Assembly (NCBI GenBank): GCA_019638115.1 | Contig: JAHBUK010000004.1 | Location: 224,794-288,793, forward strand | From: Flavobacteriales bacterium | Lineage (GTDB): Bacteria; Bacteroidota; Bacteroidia; Flavobacteriales_F; PHOS-HE28 | Direction of reading: 5' to 3' | DNA length: 64,000 nt | Notes under the pieces: generated by a model | Database searches by the model: none | The model's input: the letters and a program-made list of their open reading frames with translations, nothing else | What the model was told of the DNA's origin: nothing | Translations under genes and position numbers: made by a program | Shown here: piece by piece, positions 54,604 to 63,433 of the stretch | Position numbering within the stretch: position 1 is the first letter of the stretch | Layout of the letters: each line of letters begins with the position of its first letter

Positions 54604-56373
54604 CTAAGCACTGGGAATCTCGAAGACCTTAAGTGGATAGTTCTTCGAGTTCATTTCTCGCACACTCTGCACTAGTGAGAACTTAGCAATATTGGACTGA
54701 ATGCTGTCAAGGTTGTGGAATATGGACTTCCCATCCCGCCGGTCTGAACTGAAGGCCATGACATACACAATTTTCTTCGCCTTGAACTTGGCATAGAAAC
54801 TCTCCTCTAACACTGGTTCCGAACGTCCTTGGTTGTATCTAAGGAGTGTGCCCCGGAGGAATTCAAAGGATCCCGATTTCAGGTCACTCCATAGTCTCTG
54901 TGAGGAAATCAAAATCTGGTTTGATAGGTCGCGAATCTTCGCATTGAATCCCTTTTTCACGTGGATGAGGTAAATGTTGTACTCATCCTCGTAGAGGAGG
55001 TCACACAACTCAATGTTTTGAGATAGCTTGCGATCGAACACCATGAAGCCTGGTTGTGCTGAGTACTGAGCATTGTAGGCCTCTTCATCCAAATTTCCAT
55101 GTGGCCAAGGAATGTTCACACAAAGCTCTGGTATCCCATGGGCGCGAATCATTGCTTTACATTCGTCTGTGAGCGTTTCGACAAAGTCGCCCTTAACCCG
55201 ATACCATTTATCGTCGAGCAGGAACAGTGGTCTACTTCCAAACTCGAGTTCACAGGATAGGTGTTGTGTGAACATTGCATGCGTACACTGTGCGCCGTTT
55301 CTATAACCATAGACGCGTATGCCCGAGATGATAGCCTTGAAATTGTAAGGTGTGTTCTCCTCGATATTTTCGTAGATATACTGAAGCGCGGCTCTGTATA
55401 GGCCATGACGGTCACCGGAAGTATGAAAGGGAATTTCAGCATTGCGCGCAAAGAGTCGGTAGGTATCACACTCGTAGAACTCGTCCCATTTAGAAGGGTG
55501 GGTGAAGTCGTAGTCAAGGCCTTTTGCGTTTGGATCAGATCCTGGAGGGATCTTAAGCATCATGTCGTCTCGAAGTCGAGAATAGAGACCCAGTCGGTGG
55601 TTGTTTTCAATCAATCCTACATCTCGTTCTCTGACGAAAAGACTCAGGGGCTTGGGCTGTTGAATTTGAAGAATTTCATCAAGTCTTTGTAGTAGAGCAT
55701 GAGTTTCGTCGAAGGTCATTCGGTGCTTGATGAAGAAGGATGAGCATACTTCGGCCACAACTTTGGTCATGTCTTCGACAGCGAGGAAATCGAATACATC
55801 TGCCACTAGTACGTCACGGAGTAATAACCGCATATGTACCGGGATCCGACCGAACTGAAGAGAATCAATGAGCCGTTGTTCGTTTCGGTATGTCTCCTTG
55901 GTTAACGAGAGGTTTCCGGTTATGCCTCTGGAGTCAATCGAATAGACGATGTCATTCGCGGGATCAGCTATTCTCTCAAAGAGGTCGATACCGAAGGTGT
56001 GGTTAAGGTATCGCTTGATCACTTGCATTCCTGATCCGCCGATGATTGCAAAGAGCGTATTGTTGACAGAGGAGAAAAGAACGAAGGAAACCGTCTGAAT
56101 TGTGAAGTCGTCAGGGTTGATGATTTCTTGCGGTAAGAACGCTGTCCATGCCGACTCCACCTCATCTTGATTGAATGTGTATATGAAATAGTCCGTATTG
56201 TCAATCTTTATATTGTTGACGGGTTTTCCACAAGAATCCTCTCTATTGGTTGCCTTTCGGTGCTTGTCAACGATATGTTGGATCACCTTGGAATGCTCCG
56301 AATAGTCTCTGATTTCATAGAAAAGAGTGTCAATTTGATAGACTTTGATATGGCGAGTAACGCTGTAATCCAT
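54604..56373 (-). CDS. low-GC 589-aa protein of unknown function adjacent to the Type IIL RM gene (possibly of the sporadically distributed TIGR04141/DUF6119-type family; assignment from memory only)
   Basis: Long AT-rich ORF (~42% GC) with strong coding periodicity. No P-loop or classical nuclease motif recognised. Same strand as, and downstream of, the MmeI-like gene. Confidence 0.45.
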   Translation of the reverse strand: MDYSVTRHIKVYQIDTLFYEIRDYSEHSKVIQHIVDKHRKATNREDSCGKPVNNIKIDNTDYFIYTFNQDEVESAWTAFLPQEIINPDDFTIQTVSFVLFSSVNNTLFAIIGGSGMQVIKRYLNHTFGIDLFERIADPANDIVYSIDSRGITGNLSLTKETYRNEQRLIDSLQFGRIPVHMRLLLRDVLVADVFDFLAVEDMTKVVAEVCSSFFIKHRMTFDETHALLQRLDEILQIQQPKPLSLFVRERDVGLIENNHRLGLYSRLRDDMMLKIPPGSDPNAKGLDYDFTHPSKWDEFYECDTYRLFARNAEIPFHTSGDRHGLYRAALQYIYENIEENTPYNFKAIISGIRVYGYRNGAQCTHAMFTQHLSCELEFGSRPLFLLDDKWYRVKGDFVETLTDECKAMIRAHGIPELCVNIPWPHGNLDEEAYNAQYSAQPGFMVFDRKLSQNIELCDLLYEDEYNIYLIHVKKGFNAKIRDLSNQILISSQRLWSDLKSGSFEFLRGTLLRYNQGRSEPVLEESFYAKFKAKKIVYVMAFSSDRRDGKSIFHNLDSIQSNIAKFSLVQSVREMNSKNYPLKVFEIPSA

Positions 56374-56445
56374 TCGTATAGTTTAATTAATTATTTATGT
56401 GGTTTGAAAAGACCGAGCCCCGGCGAAGGTTCATCACTTCAGCGA

Positions 56446-56835
56446 CTAACTGTTGAAGAGCGCCACGATCGAAATGATCAAGGACGCTGCTGCCACTAAA
56501 AGGGCAAGCTTGTCGTAACGAAAAGAGCGAAGTGTCCCTTGTTTTATGGCTTTGTCCAGGGACAGTTCTTCCTGTGCGGATACATAACCGCCTCGCTGAA
56601 TATGGGCCATGCCCGTGCTTGTGATAATATGTGGCTCTCCCATTGGATCGAAGCGGTTTCGAGCCATGTAGCCATCGTCTAAGAGTCGTTTGATGATCAG
56701 ATCGACCTCCCACTTCTCCTCTGTCGAAGCCACGGTACGGACCAGATCTCCGATCCGCATGCGTTTACTAGCTGGATCACTTTCTCGGTGCAGAAGTCCG
56801 CGCAGCACCTGGTCCAATTGCTCGTGATGGGTCAT
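56446..56835 (-). CDS. small protein with C-terminal transmembrane anchor, between the RM enzyme and the 589-aa protein
   Basis: 130 aa. A soluble N-terminal part (MTHHEQLDQVLRGLLHRESD...) is followed by the single C-terminal TM helix KLALLVAAASLIISIVALF. Starts 5 nt after the RM gene stop. Confidence 0.45.
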   Translation of the reverse strand: MTHHEQLDQVLRGLLHRESDPASKRMRIGDLVRTVASTEEKWEVDLIIKRLLDDGYMARNRFDPMGEPHIITSTGMAHIQRGGYVSAQEELSLDKAIKQGTLRSFRYDKLALLVAAASLIISIVALFNS

Positions 56836-56839
56836 CGTA

Positions 56840-59629
56840 TCAAGATTTGCGCGTTGAATTTGCCATCCCACCCCCCAACACCCCACCCACCACCTCCTCA
56901 TACCGCTCAAACAGGTACCCCACCCGTTCGCTCTCACTCTCGAACGGCTTACTCCGGTAGCACTTATCCACCGCGCGGTCCAGCGCCTGGTGGGCTTTCA
57001 CCAAATCGGCGGGCATGGTGAGGGGATCGTACAGGTCCGCCAAACTGCTGCCGGGATGGTTTGCACGCGCATCCAGCACCCCTTGCGCGGCGGCCTCCAC
57101 CGCTGCCCGTTGCGCGGCCGTGGGGGAGCTGGGCCAGGGGAAGTTGTTGTAGACGATCTTGTTGGAGTAGCGGTAACGGCTTTCGAGCCTGCCAGCTACG
57201 GCACGCATCCATGCATTGTGCATTGCACTGGCCAGGATCCCGAAGTGAAACAGTTTGGCGCCTGGGACAACGAGGCAAAGATTACTTGCGATGACATCCT
57301 TGGGCATGAAGCCTATTGGTACGTACGGCCGTTTCTCCGAAGAGACACTGGGAATGATGATGTAGCTGGAATTGGGTTGTCGGTCCTCGCCGAATAGTGT
57401 TGGGGTCGATGCTAGTTTCTGGGTAGCGCCTCGCTTACTGCTTGACCGGTGCGCCTTGACCTTAGTGACACGTTCAAGCACGAGGGGCATCGCCTTCAAC
57501 TCTTGTGGGGAAGCATGCTTGAGCCACAGGCACCATCGATCTAGTCCATTGATGAACTCTTCAGCACCAACAAAGCGGTGCACGAATTTCTTCGCTCCGG
57601 GTTCCTGTTTCAGAAACTCGCGTTTCGCATCATCCTCGATGATCAGATGGCCGCCATCGTTCGGCATGCTGCCGAACACGATCTCCGGCACATTGCAGAT
57701 CGGCTTGCTGCGGCTCGGGATGAGCACATCGCGGCCGGCCACCAGGTATGGGTTGATGTTGTCCACCACCTCCACCAACGGTTCCGCCTTGGGGTCGCTG
57801 TAGCTGTAAAGGCGCTTCTTCGGCGTGTCGTGGTCCGCGAAACCGATGATGACACAATGCACGGCCGCCACGCCGCGCGCCTCGTTGTTCCAACGGAAGG
57901 TGCGGTGCGCGAAGTGGATCTTGATGCCCTGCGCCAGCAGCGGCCCCCAGAGCGCTGCCACCTGCTCGCCCTGCGCGATGCTGTTGGTGCTTACGAAGGC
58001 GCATGTAGTGCTGCCCTGTCCGTGCAGTTGCATGTACCGCGCCCCCAGCCCGTACCACGCGCATACAAAGTCCAGAATGCCGCTGTTGGGCGCGTTGTCC
58101 ATGGCGGCCAACAGGTCGGTGCGCATCTCGGCCGTCATCAACTTGCTGCCCACGAAGGGCGGATTGCCCAGGATGTAGTCATAGCGTTTTCCCTTGGGCA
58201 GTGGTGCGGCCCAATCGGTGCGCAGGGCATTGGCATTCAATACCGTGGCGCTCTTCCGCAGCGGTATGCGCACCACGTATTCGCCAAAGGCCTGGCCGAT
58301 CTCCTGGTTCATCTGGTGGTCCGTAAGCCACAGCGCCACCTGCGCGATCTGCGCGGGGAAGTCCTCGATCTCTATGCCGTAGAACTGGTCCACGTTCAGC
58401 AGGATCAGCTGGTCCACGTTGGTCACCTGCTGACCCTTCATCAGCGCGCGGATCACCTCCATTTCCAAGCGCCGCAGCTCGCGGTAGGTGATCACAAGGA
58501 AGTTGCCGCAACCACAGGCGGGGTCGAGGAAGCGGAGTTCGCTCAGCTTCTTGTGGAACTTCTCCAGCGGAGTAGGCACACGGTTCTTTGCCATGCGCTG
58601 TTTGGTGGTGGGCGCGGTGCCCTTCACCCGGTTGAACTCCTCCCACAACTCATCGAGGAACAAGGGTTTGATGAGCTTGAGGATGTTGGCCTCGCTGGTG
58701 TAGTGCGCCCCCAGGTCGCGGCGGGCCTTGGGGTCCATCACGCTCTGGAACAGCGCGCCGAAGATGGCGGGGCTGATGCGGCTCCAATCCAGTTGGCTGG
58801 CCTCCAGCAAGGTGATGCGCATGGCCCCGTCCCAGTCGGCCATGGGCAGGCGTTCCTCGAAGAGCTTGCCGTTCACGTAGGGGAATTCAGCAAGGCGTTC
58901 GTCCAGGTTGCGCGAGCGCTGCGCTTTCTCGCTGTTCAACACCTGGAAGAGGCGCTCCAGCTTGGGGCCGAGGTCGCTGCCATCCTCGCTGGTGTGACCG
59001 TAGACCCAATCGGCAAAGGCGTTGTTCTCGAAGATGCCCGTATCGTCGGCAAAGAGGATGAAGAGCATCCGCACGAGGTACACCTCCAGCGCATGGCCTT
59101 CGTAGCCGGTGGCCTTCAGCTCGTCGTGCAGGCGGCCCATCAGCTCGGCCGCTCGGATGTTCACGGGGTCCTGCTCGCGCGGGGCGTGGCTGGTGTAGCC
59201 ACTGATGAAGTCGAAGCGGTCGATGTGCTTGGGTAGCTCGGCCAGCTTCAGCTCGAAGGCTGCACCCGTTTCCAAGTGGTGCAGGTGGATGCGCGCGAAA
59301 TCACTGACCACGATGTACTCGGGCAGTTCGGTGTCCTTCAAGCCATGCAGGTAATCGATCGCCTGCCCGTGCGCCTTGGCCAGGTCCTTGCCCCGGCTCT
59401 TGTGTTCCACCACCAGCTTGCCCGGCCAGTAGAGGTCTATGTAGCCTTGGCGGTCGTCCAGCTTCTTCACCAACTGCTCGAACACGGCCACGCGTTTGCG
59501 CGGCACACCGAACACGTTCAGGAAGCCATCCCAGAAGCTTTTGGCATCGGCATCCTCGTTGTGCGCATCACGCCATTCGTGGGCAAAGGCCGTGGCACGC
59601 TTGCGGATCTCGTTCTTGGATAGGGGCAT
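56840..59629 (-). CDS. MmeI-family Type IIL (Type IIG-like) bifunctional restriction endonuclease / N6-adenine DNA methyltransferase
   Basis: 929 aa. The N-terminus MPLSKNEIRKRATAFAHEWRDAHNEDADAKSFWDGFLNVFGV with DLYWPGKLVVEHKSRGKDL (PD-ExK) resembles the MmeI nuclease domain. The central region has SAM-binding LDPACGCGNFLV and the catalytic motif NPPF. A C-terminal target-recognition region follows. Confidence 0.85.
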   Translation of the reverse strand: MPLSKNEIRKRATAFAHEWRDAHNEDADAKSFWDGFLNVFGVPRKRVAVFEQLVKKLDDRQGYIDLYWPGKLVVEHKSRGKDLAKAHGQAIDYLHGLKDTELPEYIVVSDFARIHLHHLETGAAFELKLAELPKHIDRFDFISGYTSHAPREQDPVNIRAAELMGRLHDELKATGYEGHALEVYLVRMLFILFADDTGIFENNAFADWVYGHTSEDGSDLGPKLERLFQVLNSEKAQRSRNLDERLAEFPYVNGKLFEERLPMADWDGAMRITLLEASQLDWSRISPAIFGALFQSVMDPKARRDLGAHYTSEANILKLIKPLFLDELWEEFNRVKGTAPTTKQRMAKNRVPTPLEKFHKKLSELRFLDPACGCGNFLVITYRELRRLEMEVIRALMKGQQVTNVDQLILLNVDQFYGIEIEDFPAQIAQVALWLTDHQMNQEIGQAFGEYVVRIPLRKSATVLNANALRTDWAAPLPKGKRYDYILGNPPFVGSKLMTAEMRTDLLAAMDNAPNSGILDFVCAWYGLGARYMQLHGQGSTTCAFVSTNSIAQGEQVAALWGPLLAQGIKIHFAHRTFRWNNEARGVAAVHCVIIGFADHDTPKKRLYSYSDPKAEPLVEVVDNINPYLVAGRDVLIPSRSKPICNVPEIVFGSMPNDGGHLIIEDDAKREFLKQEPGAKKFVHRFVGAEEFINGLDRWCLWLKHASPQELKAMPLVLERVTKVKAHRSSSKRGATQKLASTPTLFGEDRQPNSSYIIIPSVSSEKRPYVPIGFMPKDVIASNLCLVVPGAKLFHFGILASAMHNAWMRAVAGRLESRYRYSNKIVYNNFPWPSSPTAAQRAAVEAAAQGVLDARANHPGSSLADLYDPLTMPADLVKAHQALDRAVDKCYRSKPFESESERVGYLFERYEEVVGGVLGGGMANSTRKS

Positions 59630-59733
59630 GATGCTGATGGAATACGCGTCAAATAGCTAAGCCCAAGAATAAGGATTGCGTAAGATGTGACCAACCCATA
59701 TGGGTAAATTCCAACTTTGACTTACTTAGCCCA

Positions 59734-60483
59734 ATGGCAGAATTCCTTACCGCCACCGATACGAGTGCCGCCATAGAGCGTGTGATACGAGAAGCCAAAA
59801 AAGAGCTGACCTTGATCAGCGCTTACGTCTACCCTCGATTCATCTACTTGGAGCGATTGCGTGATGCTGCTGCACGTGGAGTACAGATCACCTTGGTATT
59901 CGGCAAAAGAAAAATGGACAACCGTGTTAAATCGCAATTCGAGCAAGTGAGTGGACTGCGTATCCATTTCTTGGATGAGCTTCACGCCAAGTGCTATTGC
60001 AACGAAAAGCACGCTGTGGTTACCTCGCTCAACCTGTTGAACAGTTCGGAGGCCCGCAACCGGGAGATGGGCGTTCTTCTGGACGCTCAGAATGACGCTA
60101 AGGCCTATGCTGACTGCATGGCCGAAGTGCAAAGTATTCTGCAGGCATCCAACCTTGTCTATTCATCACGAACACTGGGAGAACGTCCATCGGTTCGTAC
60201 CAACTCCACATTCCCCAAGGCAGGTTTTTGTATTCGCTGCGGCAAGAACGAGCAGTGCGACCCGGACGCCCCCTTGTGCATGGATGATTTCAAGGTGTGG
60301 GTGCGCCATGAGGACCCGCAATTCCCTGAGCACTATTGCCATACTTGCGGCCAACGCGCACAGGTCTGTATGGCAAAGCCGATGTGTGCTGGCTGTATGG
60401 AACTATATCGCCCGGCGATCGATGCCTTGAACGCATCACGCAAGATCGTTCGCTCCTTCGGAAGGCGCACTTGGCGTGAGTAA
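59734..60483 (+). CDS. PLD-family (single HKD motif) nuclease-like protein with C-terminal Cys-rich putative zinc-binding module
   Basis: HAKCYCNEKHAVVTSLNLLNSSEARNREMG is an HxK...N..S...N.E.G (HKD) motif. The C-terminus CIRCGKNEQC...HYCHTCGQRAQVCMAKPMCAGC has at least 8 Cys. Intermediate GC. Divergent from the RM gene. Confidence 0.55.
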   Translation: MAEFLTATDTSAAIERVIREAKKELTLISAYVYPRFIYLERLRDAAARGVQITLVFGKRKMDNRVKSQFEQVSGLRIHFLDELHAKCYCNEKHAVVTSLNLLNSSEARNREMGVLLDAQNDAKAYADCMAEVQSILQASNLVYSSRTLGERPSVRTNSTFPKAGFCIRCGKNEQCDPDAPLCMDDFKVWVRHEDPQFPEHYCHTCGQRAQVCMAKPMCAGCMELYRPAIDALNASRKIVRSFGRRTWRE

Positions 60484-60499
60484 GTGACCATGCACCTCC

Positions 60500-60735
60500 C
60501 AAACCTTCGCAGCGTCTCAAACCTGCGTAGGGTCTCCTGAGGCACGATGGGACCCTGCGCTTTGTGCCTTGACCGCAGGGTCCCGAAGACGGAGACCCTT
60601 CGGAGGTTTGACCTTCGCAGCGTCTCCTGAGGCACGAAGGGACCCTGCGCTTTATGCCTTGACCGCAGGGTCCCGAAGACGGAGACCCTGCGGAGGTTCA
60701 GGGTCCCGAAGACGGAGACCCTGCGGAGGTTTAGG
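60500..60735. repeat. REP-like palindromic repeat element (family copy 3; ~3.5 tandem units)
   Basis: The ctcctgaggcacgaagggaccctgcgctttatgccttgaccgcagggtcccgaagacggagaccct[t/g]cggaggtt units share GGGACCCTGCG/CGCAGGGTCCC and GGAGACCCT.CGGAGG arms with copies 1 and 2. Confidence 0.8.
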
Positions 60736-60765
60736 TTCAGTAAACGAAAACGCCCGAACAGCCTC

Positions 60766-61539
60766 TCAGAACGCGTAGCCGATGCTGATACCACCGCGCA
60801 TGATGGGGAACAGCTTGTTGTTGAAGTCAGCCCACGCTTTGGTATCGGAGGAGCGGGCAATGGGATCGGTAAGGATGTCGCGCAGGATGAAGACCTCGAT
60901 GTTGGCGCGGTCCTCGTACTGTTCAATGTTGCGCTGAATGCTGCGGTAATCCTCCAGTTCCAGGTTGGGGTCGTTGGTTTCCAGATGGATGTTGCCCACG
61001 CCCATGCCGAAGCCCAGGTTCATGTCCAGGAATACGCGCGTGCCCAGTGGCACTTGTACGCCGAGCGCCAATCCGCCGCCCATGCCGGATGCGGTCCCAT
61101 CGAGGTTCGCGGCAATGGTGCGGCCATCCTTGTCGTAATCGTATGGAACGAGGAAGGAGTAGTTGAAGTAGCGCCCGAAGGCTTCCAGGTAAAAGCCATG
61201 GAAGGCCTTGTTGGGATAGTACCGGAAATAGGGGTTCACGAAGAGTCCGCGCGGCTCCACTTCGCCGGCGTACGTCTGGTTCTCGCCATCCAGATCACCA
61301 ATGGCACTGACCTTTATGACCGAGGGCAGTTTGTAGCCGCCGAGCAAGCCCACGCTGGTATGCCTGCCCACCTGCTGCTCGTAGTTGGCGCTCACCGCCA
61401 ACAGGGCGTATCCGGCCAGGTTCGTCTTTACGATCCGCTTCGGCGCGAATAGATCGGAAAGGGGTGCAGCGCTTTTTTGCGCCGATAGCGTGGTGCTTCC
61501 GATCATCAACAAGATCAGGGTGATGCTGGTGGTCCTCAT
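60766..61539 (-). CDS. DUF3575-type outer-membrane beta-barrel protein
   Basis: Signal peptide MRTTSITLILLMIGSTTLSAQ, alternating amphipathic beta-strand pattern, and a C-terminal ...GGISIGYAF aromatic terminus. Confidence 0.55.
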   Translation of the reverse strand: MRTTSITLILLMIGSTTLSAQKSAAPLSDLFAPKRIVKTNLAGYALLAVSANYEQQVGRHTSVGLLGGYKLPSVIKVSAIGDLDGENQTYAGEVEPRGLFVNPYFRYYPNKAFHGFYLEAFGRYFNYSFLVPYDYDKDGRTIAANLDGTASGMGGGLALGVQVPLGTRVFLDMNLGFGMGVGNIHLETNDPNLELEDYRSIQRNIEQYEDRANIEVFILRDILTDPIARSSDTKAWADFNNKLFPIMRGGISIGYAF

Positions 61540-61878
61540 AGCCGTTCGCTTTTGTGCGATGGCAAAACAAGGAGGCCACGGCCAGCGACTTCCGCGGGTT
61601 TTCACCGGAAAATGCGCTACCGTGGAAACACCTACCACAACAGCCCTAGAGACATTTCCGCCAAGCAGCAAGGTGGGTTGGTGCACGGCAGGGAGCGCAC
61701 TCACAGGCTCTCGACCAAGGCACTCGCTCACGCGCTCTCCCTCTCCCATCCTCCCCTTGTCCCCCCACTTGGTCACCACCTCACATTGGGGTCCATCGTT
61801 CAAGCGATGCTGAACAGGATCAAAAAGCAAAGGCCGGCACCTTACGGTATCGGCCTTCACCATGGTGTGCGATAAGGA

Positions 61879-62349
61879 TCACACGATCTTGATCGCTTTC
61901 TTGTCCGAAGGATCCAAGGCAGCGGCCTTCACGTCCACTTCCACCTCCACGAAATACTCGGACTTCTCCGCACTTGCAAAGGCGCCGAGTTTGCCGATGG
62001 CACCCAGGGCACCGCCCTTCTCCTTCAACTCATCGTTGTCCGACTTCAGGATCTTGAAGGGCACCGAAAAGGCCATGTCCTTGGTTTCGCCGGTCTTGAT
62101 GGCGAAGCCTGCGGGCAGGTTCATTTCTCCCAAAGTGAAGGTCTTCTCCTTCTTGTCATCGCCACGGCCCGTGGTGAACACTTCCAACACCTTGATGGTG
62201 ATGGTAACGATGTCCTGATCGCTTTTGGTGGTCAATACCACCGACCCGTTCACCACACCATCCGCTTTGGCCACCTGGCCCGGAATGCGGAGATCCACTT
62301 TCACTCCGCCAATGCCGAGCTTGTTCTTGAGGTTGCTGAAGAATCCCAT
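61879..62349 (-). CDS. Spo0M-like (SpoOM N-terminal domain) protein
   Basis: MGFFSNLKNKLGIGGVKVDLRIPGQV... resembles the Spo0M family N-terminus. 156 aa. Confidence 0.45.
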   Translation of the reverse strand: MGFFSNLKNKLGIGGVKVDLRIPGQVAKADGVVNGSVVLTTKSDQDIVTITIKVLEVFTTGRGDDKKEKTFTLGEMNLPAGFAIKTGETKDMAFSVPFKILKSDNDELKEKGGALGAIGKLGAFASAEKSEYFVEVEVDVKAAALDPSDKKAIKIV

Positions 62350-62396
62350 GCTGTTCTTGTTGTTCGTGAGTTGTTGGAGGTTTTCGGAAAGGCGTT

Positions 62397-63233
62397 CTAC
62401 TTGGGCGCTTGCTCCCCGTTGGGGTTCTTGCTGGCGTTGCGGTGTTCATCCATCACCAATTGGTAGTTGTTGATGATGGCCCCCACCAGCAGGTTGAGGA
62501 GCAGGAATACGGCAAGGATGAACCAGATGACGTGGAAGGCCGTGATGAGCCCGGGCGACGCTTGCACCAGGCCGATCTCGCTGGCGTAGTTCAGGTTGTA
62601 CCGCAGGTCGGTCCAGTCCTCGCCCGTAAGGATGCGGAAAAGCGTGAAGGCGGTCTCACTCAGATCGCGGTAGGGATCACCACCGATACCGGGTGCACCG
62701 GGTGCTTCGGTGTTGTACAGCTCCAGCAGCGCCAATTGATCGGGCGTGGCCGTGGCCGGGTCCGGAAGCCTGAACAGCGTTACCCCGATGATGCTGAAGA
62801 GGTACATGAAGATCAGGAAGAAGATGGCGTTGTAGGAGAGCGTGCTGAAGGAGCGGAACAGCACCGACACGATCAGCTTGATCTCGCGGGCGGTGCGCAG
62901 CAGGCGCAGGATCCGGAACACGCGCAGCACACGGAGCGCAGTGACCATGGAAGCATCAGCGAACCAGCTTTCGGGCACGAAGCTCACCGCCACGATGAAC
63001 GTATCGAACACGTTCCAAGCATCGCTGAAGAAGGCCTTCACACTGGTGCGCGCCAACCAACGCACAATGATCTCGAAGAGGAAGATCCACAGCGCAGTGT
63101 GCTGGATGGCGTGGATGAGCGGTGTGGTGGTGTGTGTTTCAACTCCGATCAGGACGCAGTTGATGACGATGACCCCAATGATGAAGAACTCGAAGATCCT
63201 GGAATGAGCAAGTGAACGCGCGAGGGAGAGCAT
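62397..63233 (-). CDS. voltage-gated ion channel (single 6-TM repeat, BacNaV/NaChBac-like) with unusual TGEDW pore motif
   Basis: S4 helix with regularly spaced Arg (RVLRVFRILRLLRTAR). Pore loop FTLFRILTGEDWTDL. Six hydrophobic segments. Confidence 0.7.
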   Translation of the reverse strand: MLSLARSLAHSRIFEFFIIGVIVINCVLIGVETHTTTPLIHAIQHTALWIFLFEIIVRWLARTSVKAFFSDAWNVFDTFIVAVSFVPESWFADASMVTALRVLRVFRILRLLRTAREIKLIVSVLFRSFSTLSYNAIFFLIFMYLFSIIGVTLFRLPDPATATPDQLALLELYNTEAPGAPGIGGDPYRDLSETAFTLFRILTGEDWTDLRYNLNYASEIGLVQASPGLITAFHVIWFILAVFLLLNLLVGAIINNYQLVMDEHRNASKNPNGEQAPK

Positions 63234-63433
63234 GAATGGTGGATGTAAGAGTTTACCACTACCCGCCGGGGGGCACATGGAGCGCCAAAAGAAGCGCTAC
63301 GGTCAAAGTAACGTGCCACCGATCCACGGATCACCGTTCTCAATGAGCAGAGCATGGCTATGAACGAGCGAAGGGATGAACGGTTAGGGTTCGACCCGGC
63401 AATTGGCCCGTACCGATCCCCATCTTCACCACC

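Noticed and set aside
57578-59236. 552-aa plus-strand ORF opposite the MmeI-family gene
   Set aside because: Antisense shadow ORF.
53645-60735. Possibility that the repeated palindromic units form a CRISPR array
   Set aside because: The units are directly tandem with no unique spacers between them, vary in copy number from 1 to 3.5, and are imperfect. No cas genes are present. This is REP-like behaviour, not CRISPR.
60333-60926. 197-aa minus-strand ORF
   Set aside because: It spans the REP-like repeat array. The repetitive peptide (…LRRVSVFGTLRSRHKAQGP… repeated) is an artefact of the repeats.
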